This document shows, one piece after another, positions 27,819-36,645 of a stretch of 64,000 nt of DNA. Numbering within the stretch: the first letter of the stretch is position 1; every line of letters starts with the position of its first letter. Position numbers and translations under genes: made by a program. The notes below the pieces were generated by a model. It was not told the origin of the DNA. It was given only the letters and a program-made list of their open reading frames with translations, and ran no database searches. Source of the DNA: Chitinophagales bacterium (GTDB taxonomy: Bacteria; Bacteroidota; Bacteroidia; Chitinophagales; BACL12); the NCBI GenBank assembly GCA_041751015.1, contig JBGSYF010000017.1:68913-132912 (forward strand), written 5' to 3'.

Positions 27819-29275
27819 AATTCCTTGCGCAGGCGGGCCACCGAGATGTTGAGTTGCTCCCTGTACTTGGCCACCGTTCGCCGGGCAATATTATAGCCTT
27901 TCTGCATCAGAATTTCGGTCAGTTTCTGGTCGCTCAGGGGACGGCGCTTGTTCTCCGCCCCGATCAGGTCGGAGAGAATGCGCTTGACTTCACGAGTGGA
28001 CACTTCCTCTCCGCTATCGGTGGTCAGGGACTCGGAAAAGAAGTACTTGAGCGGATAGGTGCCAAACTCGGTGTTGACGTACTTGCTGTTGGCCACCCGG
28101 CTTATCGTGCTGATGTCCAGGCCGGTCAACTCCGCTACATCCTTGAGAATCATGGGTTTGAGGTTGGTCTCATCCCCTGTCTTGAAGAAATCTTCCTGCA
28201 GATCGACGATGGCCGCCATGGTATTGTACAAGGTTTGCTGACGTTGGCGTATAGCGTCGATAAACCACTTGGCGGAGTCAATCTTCTGCTTGATGTACAG
28301 AATTTCATCCCGGCTCTTCTTGTCCTTCTTGGGACTGGCCTTGTAAGAGCGATAGATCTCCCGAAAGGAATCGCTGACCCTTAACTCCGGGGCATTGCGC
28401 GAATTGAGCAGCAATTCCAGCTCGGTACCATTGTTGATGATGGTGTAATCGGGAATGATGTATTGCTGGTTCTTGTTCTCCCCGGTCATACCGCCCGGCT
28501 TGGGGTTTAGCCGCAGAATCTCCGCCAGCCCTATGCGGATCTCGTCCTCTTCCACCTTGAGCGAGCGCTGCATGCGCTCGTAGTGCTTCTTGGAGAACTC
28601 CTCAAAATGATCCTCCAGCATGCGGATGGCCAGGCGCACAATAGGGTTCTCGTGCTTGCGTCTCAGTTGCAGCAACAGGCACTCGCGCAAATCCCTGGCT
28701 CCTATTCCGGCGGGTTCAAGTCCCTGAACGATCAACAAAGCGCTTTCGATCTCATGGCTTTCCACGATCAGATTATGGCTAAAAGCCAAATCGTCGGCAA
28801 TGGCATCCAACTCGCGGCGCAGATAGCCGTCTTCGTCCAGACTGCCGATCAACTGGCTGGCAATCAAGGCCTCCCGCTCATCCAGCTCCAGCATGCCCAA
28901 TTGGCGGTTCAGGTCCTCGTGAAAACTTTCGGAAACGGCCACCGGGGCGCTGCGCTCCTCCTCATTCGGATCCCGCTCCGAGCGGGTGCGGTAGCCTCCA
29001 TCGTCGTCGTCATCGCTGAAATAGACCTCCAGATTGATCTCATCGGTGGAAGGGCCTTCGTCCCTATCCCCGTCGACTGCACCCTCTTCAAAATCGGGCT
29101 GATACTCCAGATCATCATCGGAGTTGCTGCCTTCCTCCAAAGCTGGATTGACCTCGAGCTCCTCCTTGATTCGCTCTTCAAGCGAAGCAGTGGGCACCTG
29201 TATGAGCTTCATGAGCTGAATCTGTTGAGGACTCAGCTTTTGGAGCATTTTCTGACTTAGACGCTGGCGCAGCAT
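27815..29275 (-). CDS. rpoN: RNA polymerase sigma-54 factor
   Basis: MLRQRLSQKMLQKLSPQQIQLMKLIQVPTASLEERIKEELEVNPALEE (region I), acidic region II, and the C-terminal RpoN box ARRTVAKYREQLNI. Confidence 0.95.
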   Translation of the reverse strand: MLRQRLSQKMLQKLSPQQIQLMKLIQVPTASLEERIKEELEVNPALEEGSNSDDDLEYQPDFEEGAVDGDRDEGPSTDEINLEVYFSDDDDDGGYRTRSERDPNEEERSAPVAVSESFHEDLNRQLGMLELDEREALIASQLIGSLDEDGYLRRELDAIADDLAFSHNLIVESHEIESALLIVQGLEPAGIGARDLRECLLLQLRRKHENPIVRLAIRMLEDHFEEFSKKHYERMQRSLKVEEDEIRIGLAEILRLNPKPGGMTGENKNQQYIIPDYTIINNGTELELLLNSRNAPELRVSDSFREIYRSYKASPKKDKKSRDEILYIKQKIDSAKWFIDAIRQRQQTLYNTMAAIVDLQEDFFKTGDETNLKPMILKDVAELTGLDISTISRVANSKYVNTEFGTYPLKYFFSESLTTDSGEEVSTREVKRILSDLIGAENKRRPLSDQKLTEILMQKGYNIARRTVAKYREQLNISVARLRKEL

Positions 29276-29336
29276 GGGCGGTTAAATTACATCGAATTTG
29301 CAGAGTGGAACAGAGCAAAGGGGGCAGAAAGCTTCT

Positions 29337-29368
29337 TTTGAACGCCCGCCCAATTCAAGCTATTTTTG
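29337..29368 (+). promoter_or_regulatory. candidate Bacteroidota sigma-A promoter for asnS (-33 TTTG, -7 TATTTTTG)
   Basis: TTTG at 29337..29340, a 20-nt spacer, then TATTTTTG at 29361..29368 (exact TAnnTTTG), 20 nt before ATG 29389. Confidence 0.45.
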
Positions 29369-29388
29369 TCGGCTGCAAAACTCATGCC

Positions 29389-30927
29389 ATGAGCGCCTCC
29401 AAAATAGAAGACTTTCAATATATATCACATCTTCAGGATCACCGGGATAAGGAGGTGATTCTCAAGGGTTGGATTCACTTCCGCCGCGATTCCAAAGGCA
29501 TAGTCTTTCTGGGTCTGCGCGACGGCAGTGGTTTTATACAGTGCGTGGTCACTCAGGACCAGGTCAGCCAGGAGATCTTTGATCTCGCCTCTGGTCTGGC
29601 CCTGGAAAACTCCGTGGAAATCCGCGGAATCGTTGGATACAATGAGCGGATGAAGGAGCTGGAAGTCAATGTATTGGCGCTTAAACTCCTGCAGGCGGGC
29701 CCGGAATATCCCATATCGCGCAAAGCGCATGGGGTGGAATTTCTGATGGACCAGCGCCATCTCTGGCTGCGATCCCAAAAGCAGTGGGCCATGATGCGCC
29801 TGCGCAACCGGATTGTTTTCGCCATACACCGCTTCTTTCAAGAGCGGGGTTTTATGCAACTGGACCCGCCCATCTTCACGGCCAACGCCGTGGAGGGGAC
29901 CACCACCCTGTTTGAGACGGATTTCTATGGCGAACCTGCCTATCTGAGTCAAAGCGGTCAGCTCTACGGAGAGGCCCTGGCCATGGCCCACGGCAAGATC
30001 TACACCTTCGGACCCACATTTAGGGCCGAGAAGTCCAAGACCCGACGCCACCTGTCGGAATTCTGGATGATTGAGCCTGAGATGGCTTTTTACGATCTGG
30101 ACATGAACATGGACCTGATCGAGGACTTTGTAGTCTTTATTGCCAGGGATGTGCTGGAGAACTGCCGGCAAGAGCTTCAGTTACTGGAGCGCGACATCAA
30201 CGCTTTGGAGCAGGTGCGTTCGCCCTTCCCCCGATTGACCTATGACGACGCGGTGGCCATTATACGGGGCGAAAAGGAAGTGCAGGGCCGCAACAGCCTC
30301 AAGGTTCTCGCAGAAGATCTGGCCCTGATTAAACAGCAATTGCTGGACAACCAGGCCGATATCGAGGCCCGCGAGAAAGCGATTGCTTCGGGCGGCTTGA
30401 AGAAGGGCGAAATCAACTTCAACCGCAACCGGATTGATCAGCTCATTGCCAGCAACAAAGAGCTGGAGGAAAAGGCCGGCAATATCCCGCAATGGATGGA
30501 ATCGGCCCGCAACTTCCGGCACGGGGATGACTTTGGAGGCTCGGACGAAACGGTGCTCACCCGCCTTTTCGACCGCCCGGTGATGGTCTATCGCTGGCCG
30601 GCGGCCATCAAGGCTTTCTACATGAAGCGCGATCCGGACTTTCCAGAATACGTCAAGGGCGTTGACTTGCTGGCACCGGAGGGCTATGGCGAAATAGTTG
30701 GCGGCGCTGAGCGGGAGGACAATCTGGACCTACTGATCAGCCGCATCAAAGAGCATCAACTGCCGATGGAGGCTTTTGAATGGTACCTGGACTTGCGCCG
30801 ATACGGCTCTGTTCCCCATGCGGGCTTTGGCCTGGGTCTGGAGCGCCTGGTCACCTGGATGGCGGGTACGCGGCATATCCGCGAGGCGATTCCCTTTCCG
30901 CGGGCCTATGGCCGGCTGAAGCCTTAG
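29389..30927 (+). CDS. asnS: asparagine--tRNA ligase (with an internal insertion)
   Basis: OB-fold N-domain (VILKGWIHFRRDSKGIVFLGLRDGSGFIQCVV). Class II motif 2 FRAEKSKTRRHLSEFWMIEPEMAF. Motif 3 GFGLGLERLVTWMAGTRHIREAIPFPR. Start at ATG 29389 (MSASKIEDF). Confidence 0.9.
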   Translation: MSASKIEDFQYISHLQDHRDKEVILKGWIHFRRDSKGIVFLGLRDGSGFIQCVVTQDQVSQEIFDLASGLALENSVEIRGIVGYNERMKELEVNVLALKLLQAGPEYPISRKAHGVEFLMDQRHLWLRSQKQWAMMRLRNRIVFAIHRFFQERGFMQLDPPIFTANAVEGTTTLFETDFYGEPAYLSQSGQLYGEALAMAHGKIYTFGPTFRAEKSKTRRHLSEFWMIEPEMAFYDLDMNMDLIEDFVVFIARDVLENCRQELQLLERDINALEQVRSPFPRLTYDDAVAIIRGEKEVQGRNSLKVLAEDLALIKQQLLDNQADIEAREKAIASGGLKKGEINFNRNRIDQLIASNKELEEKAGNIPQWMESARNFRHGDDFGGSDETVLTRLFDRPVMVYRWPAAIKAFYMKRDPDFPEYVKGVDLLAPEGYGEIVGGAEREDNLDLLISRIKEHQLPMEAFEWYLDLRRYGSVPHAGFGLGLERLVTWMAGTRHIREAIPFPRAYGRLKP

Positions 30928-30955
30928 TTGGGTGCGTGGTGCGGGTCTTTGTGCG

Positions 30956-31092
30956 TGCTGCGGGCCCTGGGCTAGCGCGGGACTCAGTGAGTGCCGCGGA
31001 ACTAACTGCCTGCTGCGGGCCCTGGGCTAGCGCGGGACTAACTGCCTGGTGCGGGCCCTGAGCTGGCGCGGGACTAACTGCCTGCTGCGGGT
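30956..31092. repeat. tandem 36-bp direct repeats in a convergent intergenic region
   Basis: Unit TGCTGCGGGCCCTGGGCTAGCGCGGGACTAACTGCC at 31011..31046. A near-copy follows at 31047..31082 (3 mismatches). A first copy at 30956..31010 carries a 19-nt insertion. A partial fourth copy is at 31083..31092. Confidence 0.85.
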
Positions 31093-31101
31093 CGAAGGGT
31101 C

Positions 31102-31992
31102 TCAGGGCACTTCCCCGGAGACGGTCTGCCAGATCCGGTACCAGTCCTCCCGGCTCAGGGAGATATCGCGCGCGGTCACGACGGCTCGGAGGCGCTCCGT
31201 GTTGGCACTGCCCGTGATGGGAATGATGCCGGCGGGGTGGCGCAGGAGCCAGGCGTAAACCACGGCCTCCACGGGAACCCCATACTGAGCGCTCAGCCCC
31301 TGCCAGATGAGCTTGAGACGGGGCTCTATGAGCACCTGTCCACCGCCCAGGGCACCCCAGGCCATAGGTCGAATGCCCATGGCTATGCACTGATCCAGCA
31401 CTCCGTTGCTGAAGGCCTTAGTGTGCAATGGAGAACACTGAATCTGATGAAAGGTCAGATCGGGGAAAAATTGATGCAACATAGACACCTGTGAGGGCGA
31501 GAAATTGCTCAATCCAAAGGCAAGCACCTTGCCCTGTTGTCGGAGTTTCTCAAAAGCATCGGCAATCTCTTCGGGCTGCATCAGAAAGTCCGGGCGGTGC
31601 AGCAGCAAGATATCCAGATAGTCGGTGTTCAGGTTGCGCAGAGATTGCTCTACGGTCTCCGTGATATGATCGGCACCACAATCATAAGATTTCAAATGGT
31701 ATGTTTTGCCGGAAATTTTAGCACCCGGCAGGTGAATACCACACTTGCTCAACAACTGCATCCTGGGACGCAGATGGGGTGAACGGAGCAACACCTTTCC
31801 AAAATCAGTCTCCGTGCTGTAGTCGCCATAGATGTCGGCGTGATCAAACAAACTCAGGTTCCATTCCAGGGCCTGCTCGATGAAGGCCTCCATTCCATCG
31901 GTGTTCAGATTTGCCCCCCAGGTGCCAAGGCGCATACAGCCCACGGCAATGCAGGGATGTTGGTAGGCAGATGGCAAGACCGGACGGTTCAT
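31102..31992 (-). CDS. aldo/keto reductase family oxidoreductase
   Basis: LFDHADIYGDYSTETDFG, LDILLLHRPD, VLAFGLSNFSPSQV. ~296 aa. Confidence 0.85.
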   Translation of the reverse strand: MNRPVLPSAYQHPCIAVGCMRLGTWGANLNTDGMEAFIEQALEWNLSLFDHADIYGDYSTETDFGKVLLRSPHLRPRMQLLSKCGIHLPGAKISGKTYHLKSYDCGADHITETVEQSLRNLNTDYLDILLLHRPDFLMQPEEIADAFEKLRQQGKVLAFGLSNFSPSQVSMLHQFFPDLTFHQIQCSPLHTKAFSNGVLDQCIAMGIRPMAWGALGGGQVLIEPRLKLIWQGLSAQYGVPVEAVVYAWLLRHPAGIIPITGSANTERLRAVVTARDISLSREDWYRIWQTVSGEVP

Positions 31993-32007
31993 AGGCTAAG
32001 GGGCTCT

Positions 32008-35000
32008 CTACTGTTTACCAACTCTGCGGATATTGTCCGAAGGTATCCGGTCAACCAGGTAGAGGTAGGGATCAATGCCGGCAACAGCGGGTTTGCTGTC
32101 CAGCACAACTACAAACTCTCCCTCAGCCTGCTCCATCTTGACGCGCTGATACCATAGCGGCTCACCCAGCTCCTCTCCCTTGGCCGGCTCCCCGAAGATA
32201 CCAAGATCGATGTAGTCGTTCAGGGCCATTGGGTTCTCCTTTCCCAGAGAATCGGCCCTGAATTTCTCGGAGTGGGTCTTGAGCACGACCCGAAATTTGC
32301 CGTCTTCCTGTTCGCTGTACTGCGCAGAGAGCATTCGATTGGAGAACAAGGTGATGTTCTCAAACAGATCGGCCATAAGGTACTGCAAGCTGTCCGGGCT
32401 GACCTCTTCAAAAGCCCTCAGCGCCGCCATGGCGGTTGGATAAGGAGGGGGTCGGTATCCGTATTCGTCAATCAATGAAGCCAGAGCACTGTTGACCTTC
32501 TCCTCCCCGATCATCTCCTTGAGGTAGTACAGTACCACAGACGCCTTGTTGTAGTGGATATAGCCCTGCCCTTCGGTGCGCAGCATTGGGCGCTCGGCTT
32601 CGTACTCATTGCCCCGTCCTCTGAGGTATTCGTTCATCTCATACTTGAGAAACTTCCGCATCTTATCGCGGCCGTACTCTTCTTCCATAACCATCAGGGC
32701 AGAGTATTGGCTGAAACCCTCACTCATCCATTCGCTGCCTTGCATGTAGGCCCCGATGAGCTGATGAGCCCAGTATTGATGCGCCATCTCATGAGCCACC
32801 ACATAGTACACCATGTCGATGTCGTCGCCCTTCACATCGCGCAGGTCGGCGATGAAACCGATGCCTTCGCTGTAGGGCATGGTGCCGGGAAAGGCCTGGG
32901 CAAATGAGGCATAGCGCGGAAACTCAATGATGCGGGCCTGGCTGTGGTAGTATGGTCCGAAATTAGCTGTGTAGTAGGCCAGAGACTTTCGCATGCTCTC
33001 CAGCATGTTGGGAACATTGTAGGCATGCTCGGGCATATGATAGACTTCCAGATCCACTTCGCCCCAGCGCTCCCGGGTAACTTCGTAGCGGGCGGAGATG
33101 AAGCTGTAGAAATTCAGGGAGCTCTTCTCGAGTTCGTAGTGGAAGAATCGCCTTTCGCCCTCAGTCCACTCCCGGAGTAAACGCCCCGGAGCCACCGCCG
33201 TTTGATCGGGTTCTGTGCTGATCACCGTGCTCAGCTCAACCCAGTCCGCATCGCTGGAAATGTAGGAGATCTGCCGGGCACCTATGTTCTCATCATCCAG
33301 GCGGGGCATGCGCTCCCGGCGATCCAACTTGTACTTGATGCGCTTGTTCTTGTCGCTCAACTCGTAGTTGCGGTTGTAGCCAAAGACCGGCATGATGTCA
33401 AAGTTGTTGAAGAAGCTGCCGTTCTGGGTGAGCTCAGTAAACGACACTTCGTTCTCAAAACCCCGGGTGACACTGGAAAGCGAGATGTCTATCGCAAGGG
33501 TGTCGCCCGGTTGAAGAGCCTGGTCCAGCGTGTAGATCCTGTATGAGTGTCTGCTGTCATTCAGGGTCAGGCGGGCCCCATCCATAAGAATCTCCACCGT
33601 ATCGGGCATCTCGGGCATGGTGAAATGCAGCTCTGCAATGGGCTCAGCGCTGCGGTTGACGGCCCGGGCTTTCACCCGTGCTTCCAGATCACGGCTGGCG
33701 GGAAACAGGTCAATGGCGTATTCAAAGCTGATCCAGCGCGGTTGGGCCAGCCCCGCGTATTGTTTGTACTGATTCTCGTAAGCTACCTGCAATCTCTCTC
33801 TTTGCTTGTTGTTGTAGTAGGTGTTCAACACCTGAGTATTGTAGAAGACAAAACCCCCGCAGAGCAGAAAAACCGCTGTGAGCCCAAGTAAAACAGGCAT
33901 GCTGGAACGGAAGCGCTCCCGGGCGAATTGGAGTCGATGTCTGAGCGAGTACTCCTTTCCCCGGACATAAAAATAATATATTACAAAACATAGAATTAAA
34001 CTGATCAGCAACCAATAGACATTGAACCAAACCATACCGGGCACAAAGGGGCCAAAGCCGTTCATGTCGGAATAGACTGAATAGGGAATGGCTCCGAAAG
34101 AGACCATATTGGAATCTATGTTCAGAACGCTCCAGATAAAGCTGTTGAGGATGATGACCACCACAAAGGCAAAGTACCCGATATAGCGATTGTTGATCAG
34201 GTAGTGCAACAACAGCGCTATGACGACCAGATAGCTGAACTCCAGCATATCCATCAACAAGAGGGATTTAAAATATACGTCTAATTCAAAACGGTAGTAG
34301 CCGTACAATACCTGGGTGATGACACCGACCACGATGGTGCTGAACAAGACCACAAAGACCGCCATGAGCATGGCCACAAGCTTGGCGCTGAAAAACAGGG
34401 CGGTAGAAGCCGGTGTCGCGTCGGCTATCTCATGGATCGAAGCATCGCGCTCCTTCCAGACCAGCACCCCGGCGTAGAAGGTGATGATGCCGATCAGAAA
34501 CAGGTAAAAGGCACCCCGTATGGTGTCGATGATATCGTAGGTGACCGGATATTGTTTGGTGCCGTACATCGTGGTGAAACTGGTCAGGCTGGCCACCAGA
34601 TTGATCAGACCTATCAATAGCAATATGATAAAAGTCTGATTGCGAAAGATGCTTCTGCTCTCAAAACCCACCTGATGAAACCAGGCCCGCCGGCTAAAGG
34701 AAGGGTTGGGAGAAGCACTGAAATGCTTAAACGATATCTCCCCGGCTTGCACCAAAGCGGGTTGATCGGCGTCCTGCACCTTGCTCTTAGAGGCTTTCTT
34801 GTCGGGAATGCTGAAGGAAAAGCGGGTGTAGAGCCCGAGCAGCAAGAGCAGCGCTGCCCCCATCCACAGCAGGCGATTGAGCAGAAACTGCCCTTGCAGC
34901 GATGCGGCGGCCGCGTTGAGTTCGTCCACGGTCAGGTACTTGGTCAGGGTGCGCAAGGGTTGAAAGCCGAAGGGATCCAGCAGATTGGCCAGCCATTCCT

Positions 35001-35598
35001 GTTCCAGATCCTGCGTAAAACCCTGGCTGACCGCATAGAGCACCAACAGCAGCATGGCCCCGACAAAGGACACCATGTTGTTGCGAAAGACCACGGCCAG
35101 CGAGTACAGCAAGACCCCTGCGATCAGGGTATTGGGTATGGCCAGCGAAATCAGGCCCTGTACATGCCCGCTCCAGATGATGGGCCCAAAGCGTTCCGGC
35201 TGTGCCCAGGGCATCAGCGGCCCAATGAGGGCTCCGATGGACACGCCAAGCAAAGGAATCAGCGCCACCAGGAAGGCTCCGATGAACTTGCCAAAGTAAT
35301 AGTCGCGCCGGCGGATGGGCGAGGTAAACACAAACTGATGCATGCCTGTGGAAAAGTCGCGGTTGGCCGCGGCGTTCATGAAGGCCGTGGTCATCAGCAG
35401 GCAGATCAGGGACATGAGTCCGTAGTAGTTCTGCACCACGGAAGGCGAGTTTTTGTAAACGCTGCCCACGCCCCCGCCGATCTGCACCTGGTCGGAAGAC
35501 ACCGCTCCCATGACCAACAGACTGACGATGCCCAGAAAGATCCAGACCATAGGCCGGGTGAGGAAATAGCGCATTTCGTGCCGGATGAATACCCACAT
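32008..35598 (-). CDS. fusion protein: ABC-2-type transporter permease (N-terminal ~600 aa, polytopic) + M1-family (gluzincin) zinc peptidase domain
   Basis: Many hydrophobic segments in the N-terminal half. The C-terminal half carries VAHEMAHQYWAHQL (HExxH, DNA 32779..32793) and the downstream WMSEGFSQY glutamate. The position of the GxMEN exopeptidase motif reads GTMPY. Separated by 4 nt from the ABC ATPase gene. Confidence 0.85.
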   Translation of the reverse strand: MWVFIRHEMRYFLTRPMVWIFLGIVSLLVMGAVSSDQVQIGGGVGSVYKNSPSVVQNYYGLMSLICLLMTTAFMNAAANRDFSTGMHQFVFTSPIRRRDYYFGKFIGAFLVALIPLLGVSIGALIGPLMPWAQPERFGPIIWSGHVQGLISLAIPNTLIAGVLLYSLAVVFRNNMVSFVGAMLLLVLYAVSQGFTQDLEQEWLANLLDPFGFQPLRTLTKYLTVDELNAAAASLQGQFLLNRLLWMGAALLLLLGLYTRFSFSIPDKKASKSKVQDADQPALVQAGEISFKHFSASPNPSFSRRAWFHQVGFESRSIFRNQTFIILLLIGLINLVASLTSFTTMYGTKQYPVTYDIIDTIRGAFYLFLIGIITFYAGVLVWKERDASIHEIADATPASTALFFSAKLVAMLMAVFVVLFSTIVVGVITQVLYGYYRFELDVYFKSLLLMDMLEFSYLVVIALLLHYLINNRYIGYFAFVVVIILNSFIWSVLNIDSNMVSFGAIPYSVYSDMNGFGPFVPGMVWFNVYWLLISLILCFVIYYFYVRGKEYSLRHRLQFARERFRSSMPVLLGLTAVFLLCGGFVFYNTQVLNTYYNNKQRERLQVAYENQYKQYAGLAQPRWISFEYAIDLFPASRDLEARVKARAVNRSAEPIAELHFTMPEMPDTVEILMDGARLTLNDSRHSYRIYTLDQALQPGDTLAIDISLSSVTRGFENEVSFTELTQNGSFFNNFDIMPVFGYNRNYELSDKNKRIKYKLDRRERMPRLDDENIGARQISYISSDADWVELSTVISTEPDQTAVAPGRLLREWTEGERRFFHYELEKSSLNFYSFISARYEVTRERWGEVDLEVYHMPEHAYNVPNMLESMRKSLAYYTANFGPYYHSQARIIEFPRYASFAQAFPGTMPYSEGIGFIADLRDVKGDDIDMVYYVVAHEMAHQYWAHQLIGAYMQGSEWMSEGFSQYSALMVMEEEYGRDKMRKFLKYEMNEYLRGRGNEYEAERPMLRTEGQGYIHYNKASVVLYYLKEMIGEEKVNSALASLIDEYGYRPPPYPTAMAALRAFEEVSPDSLQYLMADLFENITLFSNRMLSAQYSEQEDGKFRVVLKTHSEKFRADSLGKENPMALNDYIDLGIFGEPAKGEELGEPLWYQRVKMEQAEGEFVVVLDSKPAVAGIDPYLYLVDRIPSDNIRRVGKQ

Positions 35599-35602
35599 AA
35601 GC

Positions 35603-36475
35603 TCAGATCAGATCGTGCAGTTTTGAAAAATATACGTCCTCAAGCGTTTCTTTAGCGCTTCGGAATTCCGGCTCAGGAGCTCCGTCAGAGAAGATGTGGA
35701 TTTGCGGCTTTCCGCCCACCAGTTTATTGCTGATGACCGGATAGCGCTGCTGGTATTCGGCCAGTTCAGCCTTCTCCACTTCCCGCTCAAAGACCCGTCC
35801 CCGAATCAGACTTAGGGCATCGTCGGTGGTGCCGGAGTAGAGTAGTTTGCCCCGGTCCATGATGGCCATATGCACGCAGAGCTCTTGCACATCCTGAACG
35901 ATATGGGTGGAAAGGATGACGATGATTTGCTCCCCAATTTCACTTAATATATTATAAAAACGATTGCGCTCCCCGGGATCCAGACCCGCCGTGGGCTCAT
36001 CCACAATCACCAGCCTCGGGCTACCAATCAGGCACTGTGCAATGCCAAAACGCTGCCTCATTCCACCGGAAAAGCTGCTGACGGCCTTCTTGCGATGCTC
36101 GTAGAGATTGACTTTCTGCAGGAGTTGCTCCACCATTTCCCCGCGCTCCTTCTTTTGGTGGAAGCCCTTGAGCACCGCGAGGTGATCCAGCAATTCCAGG
36201 GCTGGCGTACCCGGATAGACCCCGAACTCCTGGGGAAGGTATCCGAGCATCCTTCGAACGGCATCTTTGTCCCGCAGCACATCGATCTGCCCCAGCATCG
36301 CCTCTCCGCTGTCGGCCTCCTGCAGCGTTGCCAGGGTGCGCATCAGGGTTGATTTACCTGCTCCATTGGGTCCCAGAAGACCAAACATGCCCTTTTCGAT
36401 GCTCAGGCTAACCTGATCAAGCGCCTGCACTCCGTTGCCGTAGCGCTTGTTGAGATTGCGAATATGAAGTTCCAT
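35603..36475 (-). CDS. ABC transporter ATP-binding protein (ABC-2/CcmA-like)
   Basis: Walker A GPNGAGKST, Q-loop LGYLPQE, signature FSGGMRQR, Walker B LVIVDEPTAGLD, H-loop LSTHIV. Confidence 0.9.
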   Translation of the reverse strand: MELHIRNLNKRYGNGVQALDQVSLSIEKGMFGLLGPNGAGKSTLMRTLATLQEADSGEAMLGQIDVLRDKDAVRRMLGYLPQEFGVYPGTPALELLDHLAVLKGFHQKKERGEMVEQLLQKVNLYEHRKKAVSSFSGGMRQRFGIAQCLIGSPRLVIVDEPTAGLDPGERNRFYNILSEIGEQIIVILSTHIVQDVQELCVHMAIMDRGKLLYSGTTDDALSLIRGRVFEREVEKAELAEYQQRYPVISNKLVGGKPQIHIFSDGAPEPEFRSAKETLEDVYFSKLHDLI

Positions 36476-36645
36476 TTAGATGTTCCCGGGGGTTATGTAG
36501 AATTGTTTCAAATAAAGCAACAATCCCACGTCGGGGCAAACCCGCCTCTGCATTCCCCCGACTTGCGCCTAAATCCCTAAATTTACAGGGTTAATCCCCG
36601 CCCATTCTTTCCGGTTCGAAAGGGGGCGGAAAAACCTGCAACGCT

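Noticed and set aside
30956-31092. Whether the 36-bp repeats are a small CRISPR array.
   Set aside because: The repeats abut one another with no unique spacers, and no cas genes are in the window.
30851-31390. 179-aa minus-strand ORF that reads through the 36-bp repeats as a P/A/Q-rich repeat peptide.
   Set aside because: It overlaps the well-supported aldo/keto reductase gene out of frame and has no signal or motif. Its repeat periodicity is simply the 36-bp DNA repeat.
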